This document shows positions 42,890-53,008 of a stretch of DNA of 64,000 nucleotides, piece after piece. The position numbers were made by a program, and so were the translations under genes. The notes below the pieces were generated by a model. It made no database searches and was not told the origin of the DNA. It saw nothing but the letters and a program-made list of their open reading frames with translations. The stretch's first letter is position 1. Each line of letters starts with the position of its first letter. The stretch is from NCBI GenBank assembly GCA_012628545.1, contig GCA_012628545.1_3035.1. One strand, written 5' to 3'. The stretch comes from a phage.

Positions 42890-43066
42890 TTATCCTTTAA
42901 GTAAGTCGTAAAATCCGCCATTCACATGCTTAGGAGCAGAAGGCCGACGAGTAGACAAACGATGACATTTAGGGCAAACATCATTTTCTCGTTCAGAAAT
43001 CTTTTTAATTTTTTCATATTCATGCCCGCAATCTTCGGATTGGCATTTATAATCATACATTGGCAT
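42890..43066 (-). CDS. small zinc-ribbon protein (58 aa)
   Basis: Hand-translated MPMYDYKCQSEDCGHEYEKIKKISERENDVCPKCH...; two CxxC-type pairs; below ORF-track cutoff. Confidence 0.4.
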   Translation of the reverse strand: MPMYDYKCQSEDCGHEYEKIKKISERENDVCPKCHRLSTRRPSAPKHVNGGFYDLLKG

Positions 43067-43068
43067 AA

Positions 43069-43494
43069 TTATTCCTTAAAGTGTGCTTTCAGCATTTGAT
43101 ACAAGGACCATGCCTGTTCATTATTTTCAATAGTAACTTTCATGACAGGAAATTCTGTGAAATCTTCTATTTGTTCTTGCTCTTTCTCTTCCTGCTCTTG
43201 CTCTTCAGCTGCCTGATATGGATTTTCCACTTCATCAAAGAACCCAGCTTCGTTAGTAGAAAGCCAAATAAAGTTTTCGTCAAGGATATCACCATGTGTT
43301 GCATATCCAACTGTGCCAGTAGATGTCACAATTTTAGTAGGACGACCAAGATGGTCAACATCTAAAATTTTAAAAGGATGCATACCTAAACGGCGTGCAT
43401 AGATTCCGTTATCAGTATGATCTTTAATAAAATTTTCTTGAGCTTGTTTATTTTTAAATTGATACCATTTATTAACTTCAAATCTAATAGCCAT
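43069..43494 (-). CDS. goF: hypothetical acidic protein, possibly GoF
   Basis: 141-aa ORF with Glu/Gln-rich tract; assignment from length and synteny only. Confidence 0.4.
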   Translation of the reverse strand: MAIRFEVNKWYQFKNKQAQENFIKDHTDNGIYARRLGMHPFKILDVDHLGRPTKIVTSTGTVGYATHGDILDENFIWLSTNEAGFFDEVENPYQAAEEQEQEEKEQEQIEDFTEFPVMKVTIENNEQAWSLYQMLKAHFKE

Positions 43495-43709
43495 TAATAA
43501 ATTTCCTTCCAGTAAGTTGTGCCATCTTCAGTAATTTCACGAAATACACCGTAAATTGGTTGTTTATCACCAACCTTTTCATACACATAAACCGAAGTCA
43601 AGTGAGTAAACTTAACGGTATGTTCCTTTTGAACCACTACCAAATCTGGATCAAATAATACATCTTCAAATTCGTCATTAGTGCAATTCTGAACAATTTT
43701 GCGTTTCAT
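43494..43709 (-). CDS. cef: hypothetical protein, possibly Cef
   Basis: 71-aa ORF; assignment from length and synteny only. Confidence 0.4.
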   Translation of the reverse strand: MKRKIVQNCTNDEFEDVLFDPDLVVVQKEHTVKFTHLTSVYVYEKVGDKQPIYGVFREITEDGTTYWKEIY

Positions 43710-43722
43710 TACAATTTCCTCA

Positions 43723-43992
43723 TTAATTGAACAGTGGAGCGATACGTTTCAGAAGAGTAGCAGCACCTTTAGCGAATTTTACATCATGAAAAACAGTTTC
43801 TTCTTCTGTAACAACACGAGCTTTAATGTTTTCACAATCCCAATTTTTGCGAACAATCTTCAAAAGCTGCAGTAAATCTTTACATTCAGCAATATCGATA
43901 ACACATCCACGAGAATCTTCCATTATCGCACGATAACCGTAAGCCATACCATAATCATTGAAAGATTGCTCGATGATAATTAAGTTTTCCAT
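43723..43992 (-). CDS. hypothetical protein
   Basis: About 89 aa from ATG with GGAGA SD; ORF track starts at upstream TTG. Confidence 0.45.
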   Translation of the reverse strand: MENLIIIEQSFNDYGMAYGYRAIMEDSRGCVIDIAECKDLLQLLKIVRKNWDCENIKARVVTEEETVFHDVKFAKGAATLLKRIAPLFN

Positions 43993-44020
43993 TTTATTCT
44001 CCAAGTTGTTTTCTGTATCA

Positions 44021-44085
44021 GTAGTTGATATTGATATAGTACCATAATCAACTACTGATGTATATAGTTTTATGAAAAAATTTAA
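44021..44085 (-). promoter_or_regulatory. promoter-like element with 11-bp inverted repeat
   Basis: cagtagttgat ... atcaactactg flanking a TGGTACTATAT core. Confidence 0.3.
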
Positions 44086-44088
44086 ACT

Positions 44089-44580
44089 TTATGCATAGCG
44101 AGCTTTGCTGTAGTGTTTAATCCAACTTTCAGGAATGACTTTGTATGTTCCTAAAAATACCGCGTTGTACAGCTTAACACCGTCTTCTACCCATTGATCA
44201 GTAATGTATGCACACATAGCGCGAGTACGGTTAACAACACCTTCCTCACCTTCAGTAAATTCAAACTCATAAGGAGCAACGAACTTGATAGCTTGACCGA
44301 GTTTCCACTTAAAGTCTACACCTACATGCGAAGTATCAATCGTTTCAATTCCTTTAGCGGGAACAGCTTTCAAAAACGCAGGCTCAAGAAATTTCCATCG
44401 AACATAACCAAACTGAGGTTTAGACATTCCATCTTTAGGAATGATACGCACTTTTACTTCAGAATCTTCATCTTTAACACCATGTTTAAGCTGAATGCTT
44501 ACGACTTCAACCAATTTTCCTGCTGCCTTAGAACGGGATTTATCAGATACACGAGCAATTTCACCGATATTAATATTCAT
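44089..44580 (-). CDS. motB: putative MotB
   Basis: 163-aa ORF; assignment from length and synteny only. Confidence 0.5.
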   Translation of the reverse strand: MNINIGEIARVSDKSRSKAAGKLVEVVSIQLKHGVKDEDSEVKVRIIPKDGMSKPQFGYVRWKFLEPAFLKAVPAKGIETIDTSHVGVDFKWKLGQAIKFVAPYEFEFTEGEEGVVNRTRAMCAYITDQWVEDGVKLYNAVFLGTYKVIPESWIKHYSKARYA

Positions 44581-44653
44581 AATTATCTCTCACTTGTTAA
44601 AAAGATTTTATACTCCACAGGACCATTATACTCTGGTCCCAAGAGTTTGTAAA

Positions 44654-45091
44654 CTAGCTTACACGAACATTAATCACTGCGCTACGAGGAACTACAGAGT
44701 ATTCTCCAGCATGAACTACGTTCAGAAGTTCAACACCATCTTCAATCCACTGATCAGTCACCCATCCACCCACAGGATTCGCGAATGGACGACGAATATA
44801 AACTGCCTTACACAGCAGATCAGTTGGATCTTCAGGTTTTTCAATTTCTGTCAATAGACTAAAATCTTTTTCATAAATAATAAGCGGTGATACCATTCCA
44901 TAATAGTTTCTAATTTCAATATACATCATACCGATAAGAATTCCGCTATTAACACTAATAACAGTAAAAGGATATCCGCCAGTTAAACCAAGAAGTTCAC
45001 AAAACTTATTATGAGCTGTATTAGACAGTACCGAAAAATTCTTAATTTCATCAAATTTTTTCAATTGATAAACAGCATTATTTTTAATCAT
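44654..45091 (-). CDS. hypothetical protein, C-terminal module paralogous to upstream ORF
   Basis: 145-aa ORF; shares motif TDQW(I/V)EDGV(E/K)L.N.V..G.Y.V(V/I)P with ORF 44089..44580. Confidence 0.5.
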   Translation of the reverse strand: MIKNNAVYQLKKFDEIKNFSVLSNTAHNKFCELLGLTGGYPFTVISVNSGILIGMMYIEIRNYYGMVSPLIIYEKDFSLLTEIEKPEDPTDLLCKAVYIRRPFANPVGGWVTDQWIEDGVELLNVVHAGEYSVVPRSAVINVRVS

Positions 45092-45101
45092 AATTTTCTC
45101 T

Positions 45102-45653
45102 TTAATCTAAGGTAATAAAGCCTTTTAATTCGGCATGGGATTTACGGAACATTACTTGGTGCCCGCCAATGATAACTTGGTCATCTGGCACTTCATAAAT
45201 CGCAATGTACATTCCACGTTCTTTTAAGTCTTCACGCTCTTCTCGAGTGAACCATCTCATCATATCATATTCACTAGCGAAAGCAAAATGATATAATGCA
45301 ATAAACCACAATGGAATATAATTTTCAATTCGTGAATAATCTTTATTCCATTTAGTTTTAATAACATCATTAGCATTTTCAACTAATAACTTATCATCGT
45401 GTGGAATAGGAATACTTTCATGGCTTTCATAATTATCGCTATGATGATGAAATGACGATGAATTAATACCACAAAATTTTAGCCAAGTTCGAGTTTTCAT
45501 AGAATCAAATCCACGATAAGGAGTTGATTGAACGCATAACTCTTGCCTAATTTTGACTATACCACTATCATCATTTAATGCGCTAAACGATGATTCAACA
45601 CGATAAATTTTCATTTTATTATCCTCAGTAGCTATGGTGTTATAATACCACAA
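45102..45653 (-). CDS. hypothetical protein
   Basis: 183-aa ORF. Confidence 0.5.
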   Translation of the reverse strand: MWYYNTIATEDNKMKIYRVESSFSALNDDSGIVKIRQELCVQSTPYRGFDSMKTRTWLKFCGINSSSFHHHSDNYESHESIPIPHDDKLLVENANDVIKTKWNKDYSRIENYIPLWFIALYHFAFASEYDMMRWFTREEREDLKERGMYIAIYEVPDDQVIIGGHQVMFRKSHAELKGFITLD

Positions 45654-45677
45654 CTAACCGAGGAAGTAAACAACTTT

Positions 45678-46361
45678 TTATCGTTTTGTTGGAAGAGACA
45701 GAGGATCGCACTCTTCCTCTGACGGAGCATCTTCAAGACCCATAGCGTATCGCAAAGCATACTTCATCATCAGGATGTCTTTCGCACAGTCATGAATAGA
45801 ATCATGTGCAACGAATCCATCTAAAGTTCCCTTTGGAAGAGGACATGTGGTCATATCACGAACAAGTAGAAGTGCTTCAATTCTGGTACGAATATCACGC
45901 TGATTCCAGAATTTACACGGTTCTAACTTAAATGTGTCAAGCTCATTCTCAGATACACCATTAAGGCGTTGAATATCACGAATGAGATCGACTAAAATTG
46001 GAAAATCAAACGACATTCCACGGCACCAGCCTTGAGATTTCCAAGGATCGATATTATGCGCATTGATGTAATCATTAAATTTTACAATACCATCGATAGT
46101 GCTTACATCTTCATCTGATGGTGCAATATTTTTTCGAGCTTCAGGGGATTGATTCTTCCACCATTCGATAGTGCTTTTAGTAAAAAGACGATGTCCTTTT
46201 TGGCTTTTTAAATCAAATTTGATTTTAATGCCACGTGAAACTAATTCATCAAATGTTTCAACGACTTCTGGATTAGGGTCAAAAGCAATTACAGCCAAAT
46301 CAATAACAGCTGCTTTTTCACCACTTCCCATTGTTTCAAAATCTATAATAAAATCAAACAT
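45678..46361 (-). CDS. dexA: exonuclease A (DnaQ-like 3'-5' exonuclease)
   Basis: 227-aa ORF; T4 DexA length and synteny. Confidence 0.85.
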   Translation of the reverse strand: MFDFIIDFETMGSGEKAAVIDLAVIAFDPNPEVVETFDELVSRGIKIKFDLKSQKGHRLFTKSTIEWWKNQSPEARKNIAPSDEDVSTIDGIVKFNDYINAHNIDPWKSQGWCRGMSFDFPILVDLIRDIQRLNGVSENELDTFKLEPCKFWNQRDIRTRIEALLLVRDMTTCPLPKGTLDGFVAHDSIHDCAKDILMMKYALRYAMGLEDAPSEEECDPLSLPTKR

Positions 46362-46618
46362 TAAACTTTCCTCGCTAAATCGCGAATTTGGCCTACAGTA
46401 TAGTCTTGAATATAAACTTTATTAATAGGCTCATCAATAAATTTTGCCATAGATTCAATGTCTTTTTGTATCTCTTCAAGACTGTATACTATCTTTGAAG
46501 CTTTTTCGCGAATAGTAACATTATCAGGTCCTGGATTTTCTTGAATGACAGCTTTAACATTTGTCATAAGAGATTTAAACTGGTACCAACTTAATTCAAT
46601 CATTAATAATCGCCTCAT
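46361..46618 (-). CDS. hypothetical protein (tandem paralogue 1)
   Basis: 85-aa ORF similar to ORF 46596..46856. Confidence 0.5.
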   Translation of the reverse strand: MRRLLMIELSWYQFKSLMTNVKAVIQENPGPDNVTIREKASKIVYSLEEIQKDIESMAKFIDEPINKVYIQDYTVGQIRDLARKV

Positions 46619-46856
46619 AAAGATAGCTAATTTCGCCTAAAACGTAATCATTGATTGTAACAGTTTTCACTTCACCACAAAAGAATTCTAACGCAATTAA
46701 ATCTCGTTCAATTTCTTCTAATTGAAGCATCAACTTACTAGATTCAATTTTTACAGTTTCACGATTTTTACCATGAGCAATTTCATAAATTTCGCTAACT
46801 TTATCCTGAAGAAGATAAAACTGATCTTTAGTTATTTCCACGAATAGCTTCCTCAA
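46596..46856 (-). CDS. hypothetical protein (tandem paralogue 2)
   Basis: 86-aa ORF similar to ORF 46361..46618. Confidence 0.5.
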   Translation of the reverse strand: MRKLFVEITKDQFYLLQDKVSEIYEIAHGKNRETVKIESSKLMLQLEEIERDLIALEFFCGEVKTVTINDYVLGEISYLYEAIIND

Positions 46857-47088
46857 ATTTAATTAGTAATTTACAGACACTTTCATCTAGTGTAATTACC
46901 GTATCTGTATTACTGTGATATGATTGTTTTTCAATTCGTTTAATTGCTAATATAGTATCACTTATAAGATAAAGCTTATGAAGGAGCTCAGCTCCTGTTA
47001 CCATAACATTAAGATTATCTTGCTTATTAGTATGCTTCCTTATACCATCTATTAGACGATTTAAATATTTTGAATTGATGTTAATCAT
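46828..47088 (-). CDS. hypothetical protein
   Basis: 86-aa ORF. Confidence 0.45.
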   Translation of the reverse strand: MININSKYLNRLIDGIRKHTNKQDNLNVMVTGAELLHKLYLISDTILAIKRIEKQSYHSNTDTVITLDESVCKLLIKFEEAIRGNN

Positions 47089-47094
47089 ATAACC

Positions 47095-48414
47095 TCACAC
47101 ATAAAATACGTCATAACGACCACGGGTAACACCAACATAAAGAAGTTGTTGAGCCAATTCAGCATCTGCATAATGAATACAAGGCGTATAAATGAAAGCA
47201 CGGTCTACAGACATACCCTGAGCTTTATGGAATGTTGATGCAGGAAGTGCTTTCACTTTACTAAACTGTGATTTAGCATCCCAAAAATCACTCCACGGAG
47301 CTTTTCCGCCTTTGTTCCAATTTTTATAAGTTTCTGCCGTTTTACCTAAAAATAGGTTAAACTTATATAGCTCTTCATCAGATGAAATTATTTTAATCTT
47401 TTCACGATAATATTCATCATCGCCATAAGTTTCTACTGTTAAATCCCAATGACGAATTAAGTATTCTCCAGGAACACCACGAGCTTTAACAAAGGTTGAT
47501 GTATACTCTGCTTCTATAATACGAACTAATTGTCCATTATTAAAAATAATTTCTGACACAGGCTTTCCATCAATTTTATATGTTTTAATTAATGGTTCCT
47601 GCATTACAATAATTTCACCGACAATAAAATCTTTATCAGTTTCAAAAATCTTTTTACGAATAATGCTATTTAACTTGTCAACAGATTTATTCGTAAATGC
47701 CATTACGCGATTTTCAAACAAATCATCTAAAGATTTGACGATTGAAAAATAATTTACCATAAAATCGCGTAAAGCGGTATCACCAGTAAATCCACGTACT
47801 CCATGCCCGTCAACAACTTTATCATAAATCCACTTACCGTTACGAACGTCAGTAGCTACATCAATAATAGGAGCATTACTGCGTTTAACTTCAGTGAGTT
47901 CACACTGATAAAAATCTTTATGCGTAAAGAATGGACTGATATAAGCAGTATTTTCTCCTGGGTCAACAGGTCTAATTTGCTTATTATCACCTATTCCAAT
48001 TATAGTACACCACGGCGGGATAGTTGAAAGCAGAATTTTAAATAGCTTTCTATCATACATTGACACTTCATCGCAGATTAATACTCTGCATTTAGCTAAA
48101 TCTGGTACTTCCTTCTGCTCAAAGAGGACATTTTCTTCATATGTTACCGGGTTAATTTTGAGAATACTGTGAATAGTACTCGCTTCTTTCCCTGATAGTT
48201 TTGAAAGAATCTTTTTAGCTGCATGAGTAGGAGCTGCTAAAATAATGCCAGTTTCGCCCGTAGATATTAAGGCTTCAATGATGAACTTAGTAAGAGTAGT
48301 CTTACCAGTACCAGCAGGTCCATTAATAGTTACATGATGTTTCTTTTCTTTAATAGCCCTCATAACAATGTTAAAGGCATTTTTCTGGCCTTCAGTCAAA
48401 TCATCAAATGTCAT
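47095..48414 (-). CDS. dda: Dda DNA helicase (SF1)
   Basis: 439-aa ORF with Walker A GPAGTGKTT; T4 Dda length. Confidence 0.9.
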   Translation of the reverse strand: MTFDDLTEGQKNAFNIVMRAIKEKKHHVTINGPAGTGKTTLTKFIIEALISTGETGIILAAPTHAAKKILSKLSGKEASTIHSILKINPVTYEENVLFEQKEVPDLAKCRVLICDEVSMYDRKLFKILLSTIPPWCTIIGIGDNKQIRPVDPGENTAYISPFFTHKDFYQCELTEVKRSNAPIIDVATDVRNGKWIYDKVVDGHGVRGFTGDTALRDFMVNYFSIVKSLDDLFENRVMAFTNKSVDKLNSIIRKKIFETDKDFIVGEIIVMQEPLIKTYKIDGKPVSEIIFNNGQLVRIIEAEYTSTFVKARGVPGEYLIRHWDLTVETYGDDEYYREKIKIISSDEELYKFNLFLGKTAETYKNWNKGGKAPWSDFWDAKSQFSKVKALPASTFHKAQGMSVDRAFIYTPCIHYADAELAQQLLYVGVTRGRYDVFYV

Positions 48415-48722
48415 CGTAAATTCCCTGCAATTGGTATACTAACAATACGCCCAGTATCTAAAATTCGCCGATATAATCTTTGTGTGTCTACATCAGGCTT
48501 AACATGTTTAACTTCTATTTTATTAAACCAAAACTTGCGTGGAGTCTCAACTAATCTTGGAATTCCCTTACCTAAAGCTAATCGATACTGCTCTTTAAGA
48601 GTAGTAAATACTTTATCAGCAATATTCCATTCAAAAAATACAGCAGGACGATGTTCATCAAGCGGAACTGGCGCCGTAAATCCGTCTTTGTCTCGGTAAA
48701 CTATCGCATATACATAAACCAT
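48411..48722 (-). CDS. hypothetical protein
   Basis: 103-aa ORF. Confidence 0.5.
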   Translation of the reverse strand: MVYVYAIVYRDKDGFTAPVPLDEHRPAVFFEWNIADKVFTTLKEQYRLALGKGIPRLVETPRKFWFNKIEVKHVKPDVDTQRLYRRILDTGRIVSIPIAGNLR

Positions 48723-48723
48723 A

Positions 48724-49470
48724 TTATCCTCGGATAAGTTTAAAAATTGAACAATTTAGCGGGTATCCTCTTTTCAGTTTAAGTTTATCAATAAAAGACA
48801 AGTTTTGATACCGCTTTACACCTTGAATAATTTTATCACACATATCATATTGCATTTCTGCTTCTGACAACTTTTTCACAATTTTCCAATCCGAGCCTTT
48901 AAGAAGAACGTTCAGTTTAACAACTTCAGCGCCTTCTGCTATGCGAGAACCATCAATACGAGCTTTAAGTGCTATAATCGTTAGCTTAACGTCAGAAGTT
49001 TGTTTTGATTTAGAAAGCTGAGAAATGTGTTCAATTCGATTTTCACGTTTTTTCTGTATAGCTTTAATTTGATTATAAGTCTTTTTGATTTTAGCCCATT
49101 TCTTTTCATCTAAATTTAGTTTATGAACTTTTTTCGCAGATGAACGACCAATTCGCAAAGCAAATAAATCACGCTTTTCAATCAACTCTTCTAAAGTATA
49201 ATCAGAACGAAATGTATTATACTTTTTCTTTACTGCAATAACATTCCCTTTAATGTATCCAACGTTATTATCAAAACGTTCTAATGATAATTTCTCTCCT
49301 TCAATACGATTATCAAAAGGTTCTCCCGAGTAAGCGCAAACTTTCTGATCTAAAATGTTCTTAATGTAATTGAAGTCTAAGTTAAAATCTTTAGAACGTC
49401 TTTTAGCAGATGCCTGAGTGTGCTCTAAACGACGTTTAATTTTACGAATTTGATTATTAGACAGTTTCAT
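48724..49470 (-). CDS. srd: hypothetical basic protein, possibly Srd
   Basis: 248-aa ORF; assignment from length and synteny only. Confidence 0.5.
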   Translation of the reverse strand: MKLSNNQIRKIKRRLEHTQASAKRRSKDFNLDFNYIKNILDQKVCAYSGEPFDNRIEGEKLSLERFDNNVGYIKGNVIAVKKKYNTFRSDYTLEELIEKRDLFALRIGRSSAKKVHKLNLDEKKWAKIKKTYNQIKAIQKKRENRIEHISQLSKSKQTSDVKLTIIALKARIDGSRIAEGAEVVKLNVLLKGSDWKIVKKLSEAEMQYDMCDKIIQGVKRYQNLSFIDKLKLKRGYPLNCSIFKLIRG

Positions 49471-49590
49471 ATTTTTCTCACATCTTACGGACGATTTAAT
49501 ACTTACTATAACATTTTTACCTTAACTTGTAAACAACTTTATGTAAAATGCTTTAAAAATTTCATGGTATAATGAATCTAAGTCCTTCCA

Positions 49591-50193
49591 TTATAGATTA
49601 AATCCTTCAAAATCAAGAGTATAGATAGTGTATGTTGAATACTTTTTATACTCATATCTATCTGCAATTCTAAATACACTTCCAGCTGGTATCATTACTT
49701 CTTGTTCATCTGAAACTAATTCCATATTACGATAGCGATGGCTATCCGGAAACTTAAAGTTTGGATTATATTCTTTGCAGCGTAGAGCTTTTATAGCATA
49801 CTCCTGGAAATTGAATACCATAGGAGCTTTGAATTCAAAAATAACTTGTGTGTTATACTCTAAACCGGAAGCAAAATGTAGAGCTATATTTTTATCATAT
49901 GAAGCTGATACGACTTTATCAAATGTAATAATATCAATTCCTTGATTTAATACTTGCTTAGTCTCAGCTGGAACACCTCTCCAAAGAGGTTTATCGTTTG
50001 GAACCAAACGAGATTTGATTATTTCATTTAACCAAGTATGGTCATCTGGCTTATTAGTAATACAATGAATTAAAAGTTCAATTTCAGATAAATTAAACCC
50101 TTCAGAAAGTAATTCTTCACGAATAGAAGCACGCACCGATGCATCCATTGATTTTATTTTAAAATCTTTTAGTTGCATTATTGAGTATTTCAT
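49591..50193 (-). CDS. modA: ADP-ribosyltransferase ModA
   Basis: 200-aa ORF, paralogous to the adjacent 207-aa ORF; T4 ModA/ModB lengths and order. Confidence 0.75.
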   Translation of the reverse strand: MKYSIMQLKDFKIKSMDASVRASIREELLSEGFNLSEIELLIHCITNKPDDHTWLNEIIKSRLVPNDKPLWRGVPAETKQVLNQGIDIITFDKVVSASYDKNIALHFASGLEYNTQVIFEFKAPMVFNFQEYAIKALRCKEYNPNFKFPDSHRYRNMELVSDEQEVMIPAGSVFRIADRYEYKKYSTYTIYTLDFEGFNL

Positions 50194-50813
50194 TCAACTA
50201 CCTCAATATCATAAACTTTAAATGTTCCAAATGAATCGTGTAATTTTTCTTTTGAAATAGAAGTTATTCTATACTTTCCAATTGGAATCATCCATTCTTG
50301 TTCATGCACAATCATCATTAAGTTATCAGTACGCTCTGAATCTAACCCATCAGTATCTTCATATGTATACTTAAACTCAGTATTAGGAGAAGAAAGTATA
50401 ATATCGCTGATATGGTCAGAGTAATTAAAAGCTTTATCAGTTTTTAAACGAAGTATTGTTTCAGTGAAATATTCAGCATAAGAAAAAGAACACGCTGTAT
50501 GCAAACTAGTAGTAAATGAATCTACCCTGTTCGTTGAAAACACTTCTCCAACTTGCAAATCTTTAATAAGTTCTTTTGTCGATTTTGATATACCACGATA
50601 TAATTGATAAGGCGATTTAGTTAAATGCTTTTTAATGATTTTATTCAACTGTCTGTGAAGAGCTTCATTCTTTTTTGCTTCCATACATTGCCAAAGAACA
50701 GACTGCTCAAAATCAGTAAATTTTTCACAGACCTTTTTATACATATCATATTGAAAATCAACGCTTTCAGCTTTTATAGATAACTGTTCAACATCTGCAG
50801 GATTAATAATCAT
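50190..50813 (-). CDS. modB: ADP-ribosyltransferase ModB
   Basis: 207-aa ORF, paralogue of ModA. Confidence 0.75.
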   Translation of the reverse strand: MIINPADVEQLSIKAESVDFQYDMYKKVCEKFTDFEQSVLWQCMEAKKNEALHRQLNKIIKKHLTKSPYQLYRGISKSTKELIKDLQVGEVFSTNRVDSFTTSLHTACSFSYAEYFTETILRLKTDKAFNYSDHISDIILSSPNTEFKYTYEDTDGLDSERTDNLMMIVHEQEWMIPIGKYRITSISKEKLHDSFGTFKVYDIEVVE

Positions 50814-50880
50814 GATAGCCTCCGTATACTTCAGAAGCTATCATATCATCGTTAGAAAGGAAAGTAAACAACTTTTTGAA

Positions 50881-51063
50881 TTATTTTGCCCAGGGAGCCC
50901 AAGGCGGAGGGTCAAGATGGTATGAAGCTAGTTCTTCTAGAAGAGCATCTGGGGCTTCAATTCCATAATTCTGTAATACTATACGGTACTCTTTCTTATA
51001 ATCACTAGAATCATTCTGGATATTCGTAGAATGATTATCTTCTAACATCTCAAATAAATCCAT
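50881..51063 (-). CDS. hypothetical protein
   Basis: 60-aa acidic ORF. Confidence 0.45.
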   Translation of the reverse strand: MDLFEMLEDNHSTNIQNDSSDYKKEYRIVLQNYGIEAPDALLEELASYHLDPPPWAPWAK

Positions 51064-51071
51064 ATTAATTC

Positions 51072-51542
51072 CTAGCGATAAAAACCAAAGTGACGATTAG
51101 CTTCAACAATCTTTCTTTCTTCTTCAGACATTCTCCAGCGTAGTCCAACATCAAAATGAGCCCAGACCATCCTAACAAATGCATTTATATCTTTAATATC
51201 TTCAATAATGAATGTTTTACTTTTAGAAGGTTGACTCGCTAATTTAACTTTATCGTCTTCAAACATGTCAAAAAGACCATATTCATGAGCTCTTTTATAG
51301 CCTTTAATAGTTAAAGCTTCAGAAGAAGAAAATGGTGAATCTGTATTCTGCAAAATATCTTCAGTATGCTTTATAATTAGAATAACATTTTCTGGATATT
51401 TTCTTTCTTTTATATCTTTAATTAAAATGTCCGGATTTTCTGCTAAAGGAATAATTAATGAGCACTTTTTATCAAGTGTATTTACTGATTTACCTTCTTT
51501 AGACATAAATTCTATTGAATATAATTTTGCTACTTCAATCAT
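51072..51542 (-). CDS. hypothetical protein
   Basis: 156-aa ORF. Confidence 0.5.
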   Translation of the reverse strand: MIEVAKLYSIEFMSKEGKSVNTLDKKCSLIIPLAENPDILIKDIKERKYPENVILIIKHTEDILQNTDSPFSSSEALTIKGYKRAHEYGLFDMFEDDKVKLASQPSKSKTFIIEDIKDINAFVRMVWAHFDVGLRWRMSEEERKIVEANRHFGFYR

Positions 51543-51699
51543 GTGATTTCCTTTTGCCTACTAATGGACCGTCAGGAATTTTGTTTTCCTGAATGTATTT
51601 CTCATTTTCTTCCATCATTTTACTACCGATTTTAAGAAGCAAATCCAATGCTTCATTTGCTTTAGCCTTTGCCTCTTCTAACGTCATATCTTTGGTCAT
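51535..51699 (-). CDS. small hypothetical protein (about 54 aa)
   Basis: Hand-translated [21 protein letters not shown]...; ATGA overlaps at both ends; below ORF-track cutoff. Confidence 0.35.
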   Translation of the reverse strand: MTKDMTLEEAKAKANEALDLLLKIGSKMMEENEKYIQENKIPDGPLVGKRKSHD

Positions 51700-51899
51700 G
51701 ATTTATCACCATAGATGTCTCTCATCAATTTAAGCGCTGAGCGTTCTAATTTCTTTTCTTTCTCAGCACTAATCATTGATTTCATCCATTCTTCTGACTC
51801 GTTCTGTATTTCTTTATTTGCCTGTTCAACCCAACCATCATCAATATACATTGAGTTTGGTCTATTGAACCATTCAAGCATTTTCTTCAGAACTTTCAT
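51696..51899 (-). CDS. hypothetical protein
   Basis: 67-aa ORF. Confidence 0.45.
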   Translation of the reverse strand: MKVLKKMLEWFNRPNSMYIDDGWVEQANKEIQNESEEWMKSMISAEKEKKLERSALKLMRDIYGDKS

Positions 51900-52371
51900 T
51901 TGTTTTACCTAAAACGATAGTATGGACACCGTCAAATTCATGAATTTTTAGCAAATTTGGATTTAAATTATTCCATAAAGAGATAATAAAATATGATAGC
52001 GCACTTTCGTCCGTAATTATAAATTTATTTCCCTTATCAATTTTCCAGTCATATATTGAATCATATGAATAGAAGGATAACGGTTTATTATTATAGTATG
52101 CTTCAGCAACATCAATATAGTTAGATTTAGTAAATGCTTGAATTGCCATAAATGGAGAATTTTGTACAGTTTCAATAATTCCGATCTTTTTAAGTTTTAT
52201 TTCAACATCTTCTGGAACTGGCATTGAAATAAAATCTTCTACTAGATACATGTCATTGTCATATCTTTTATCAATCATTACTGCTACTGTAATTGGAACA
52301 TCCTTGACAAACGCCATACTAATACTATTGATAGACATTTCAAACAAAATCGCTTCCATAATTTTCCTCAA
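51874..52371 (-). CDS. hypothetical protein
   Basis: 165-aa ORF. Confidence 0.5.
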   Translation of the reverse strand: MRKIMEAILFEMSINSISMAFVKDVPITVAVMIDKRYDNDMYLVEDFISMPVPEDVEIKLKKIGIIETVQNSPFMAIQAFTKSNYIDVAEAYYNNKPLSFYSYDSIYDWKIDKGNKFIITDESALSYFIISLWNNLNPNLLKIHEFDGVHTIVLGKTNESSEENA

Positions 52372-52709
52372 TCACAAGATGTAGATGAACAACTAGAATC
52401 ACAAGAACTTCCACATGAATCGCCCGTCCATACATGAACAGGAACATTGGTGTCATATGAATCAGAACTAGACTGTGCATTCTGTGCATTAGATGATGTA
52501 GTAGGTACTGACCAGCGCCAAGGATTTTTATAATATTCTTGGGCTTCTTCATAAGTCATAGTAACTGCTTCTACTGTTCCATCTCCCATATAAACATATT
52601 CAACTACAGTTAAAGGAAGGTAGTCATTTGAAATAGGAACTACACCTTCCCCGGGAGTCGTAGAGAAAAAATCCGTAAAGAAACTTTTAAACCAATTAAA
52701 GATAAACAT
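52368..52709 (-). CDS. hypothetical protein with Cys-rich C-terminal tail
   Basis: 113-aa ORF ending [18 protein letters not shown]. Confidence 0.5.
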   Translation of the reverse strand: MFIFNWFKSFFTDFFSTTPGEGVVPISNDYLPLTVVEYVYMGDGTVEAVTMTYEEAQEYYKNPWRWSVPTTSSNAQNAQSSSDSYDTNVPVHVWTGDSCGSSCDSSCSSTSCD

Positions 52710-52915
52710 TACAAAAAGCCTCTTTTGAATTCGACTTGCTTCTCACCATAATCATACCTAATCTCTGCATTAAATTCAACAGAACCATCTGCGTACATCA
52801 TAAATGAATGCACAACAACTTCTGTAGACCATGGCTGTAGTTCATATTTCTTCATTACATGTCGTGAAATGATAATATCTAAATCTTCATTTGGTTTAAT
52901 CCAACGATTTAACAT
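52709..52915 (-). CDS. hypothetical protein
   Basis: 68-aa ORF. Confidence 0.45.
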   Translation of the reverse strand: MLNRWIKPNEDLDIIISRHVMKKYELQPWSTEVVVHSFMMYADGSVEFNAEIRYDYGEKQVEFKRGFL

Positions 52916-52940
52916 AGTGCTCTCCTCTATAAGATAATTC

Positions 52941-52972
52941 TATTATACCATACTCATTTTGATATGTAAACC
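52941..52972 (-). promoter_or_regulatory. early promoter
   Basis: GTTTAC (rc of 52967..52972) and TGGTATAATAG-like -10. Confidence 0.4.
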
Positions 52973-52981
52973 GGTAAAATG

Positions 52982-53008
52982 AAAAAAGGAACCCCGAAGG
53001 ATTCCTTA
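52982..53008 (-). terminator. rho-independent terminator after soc
   Basis: aaggaa-ccccgaagg-attcctt hairpin (UUCG loop on minus strand) plus U-run. Confidence 0.5.
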
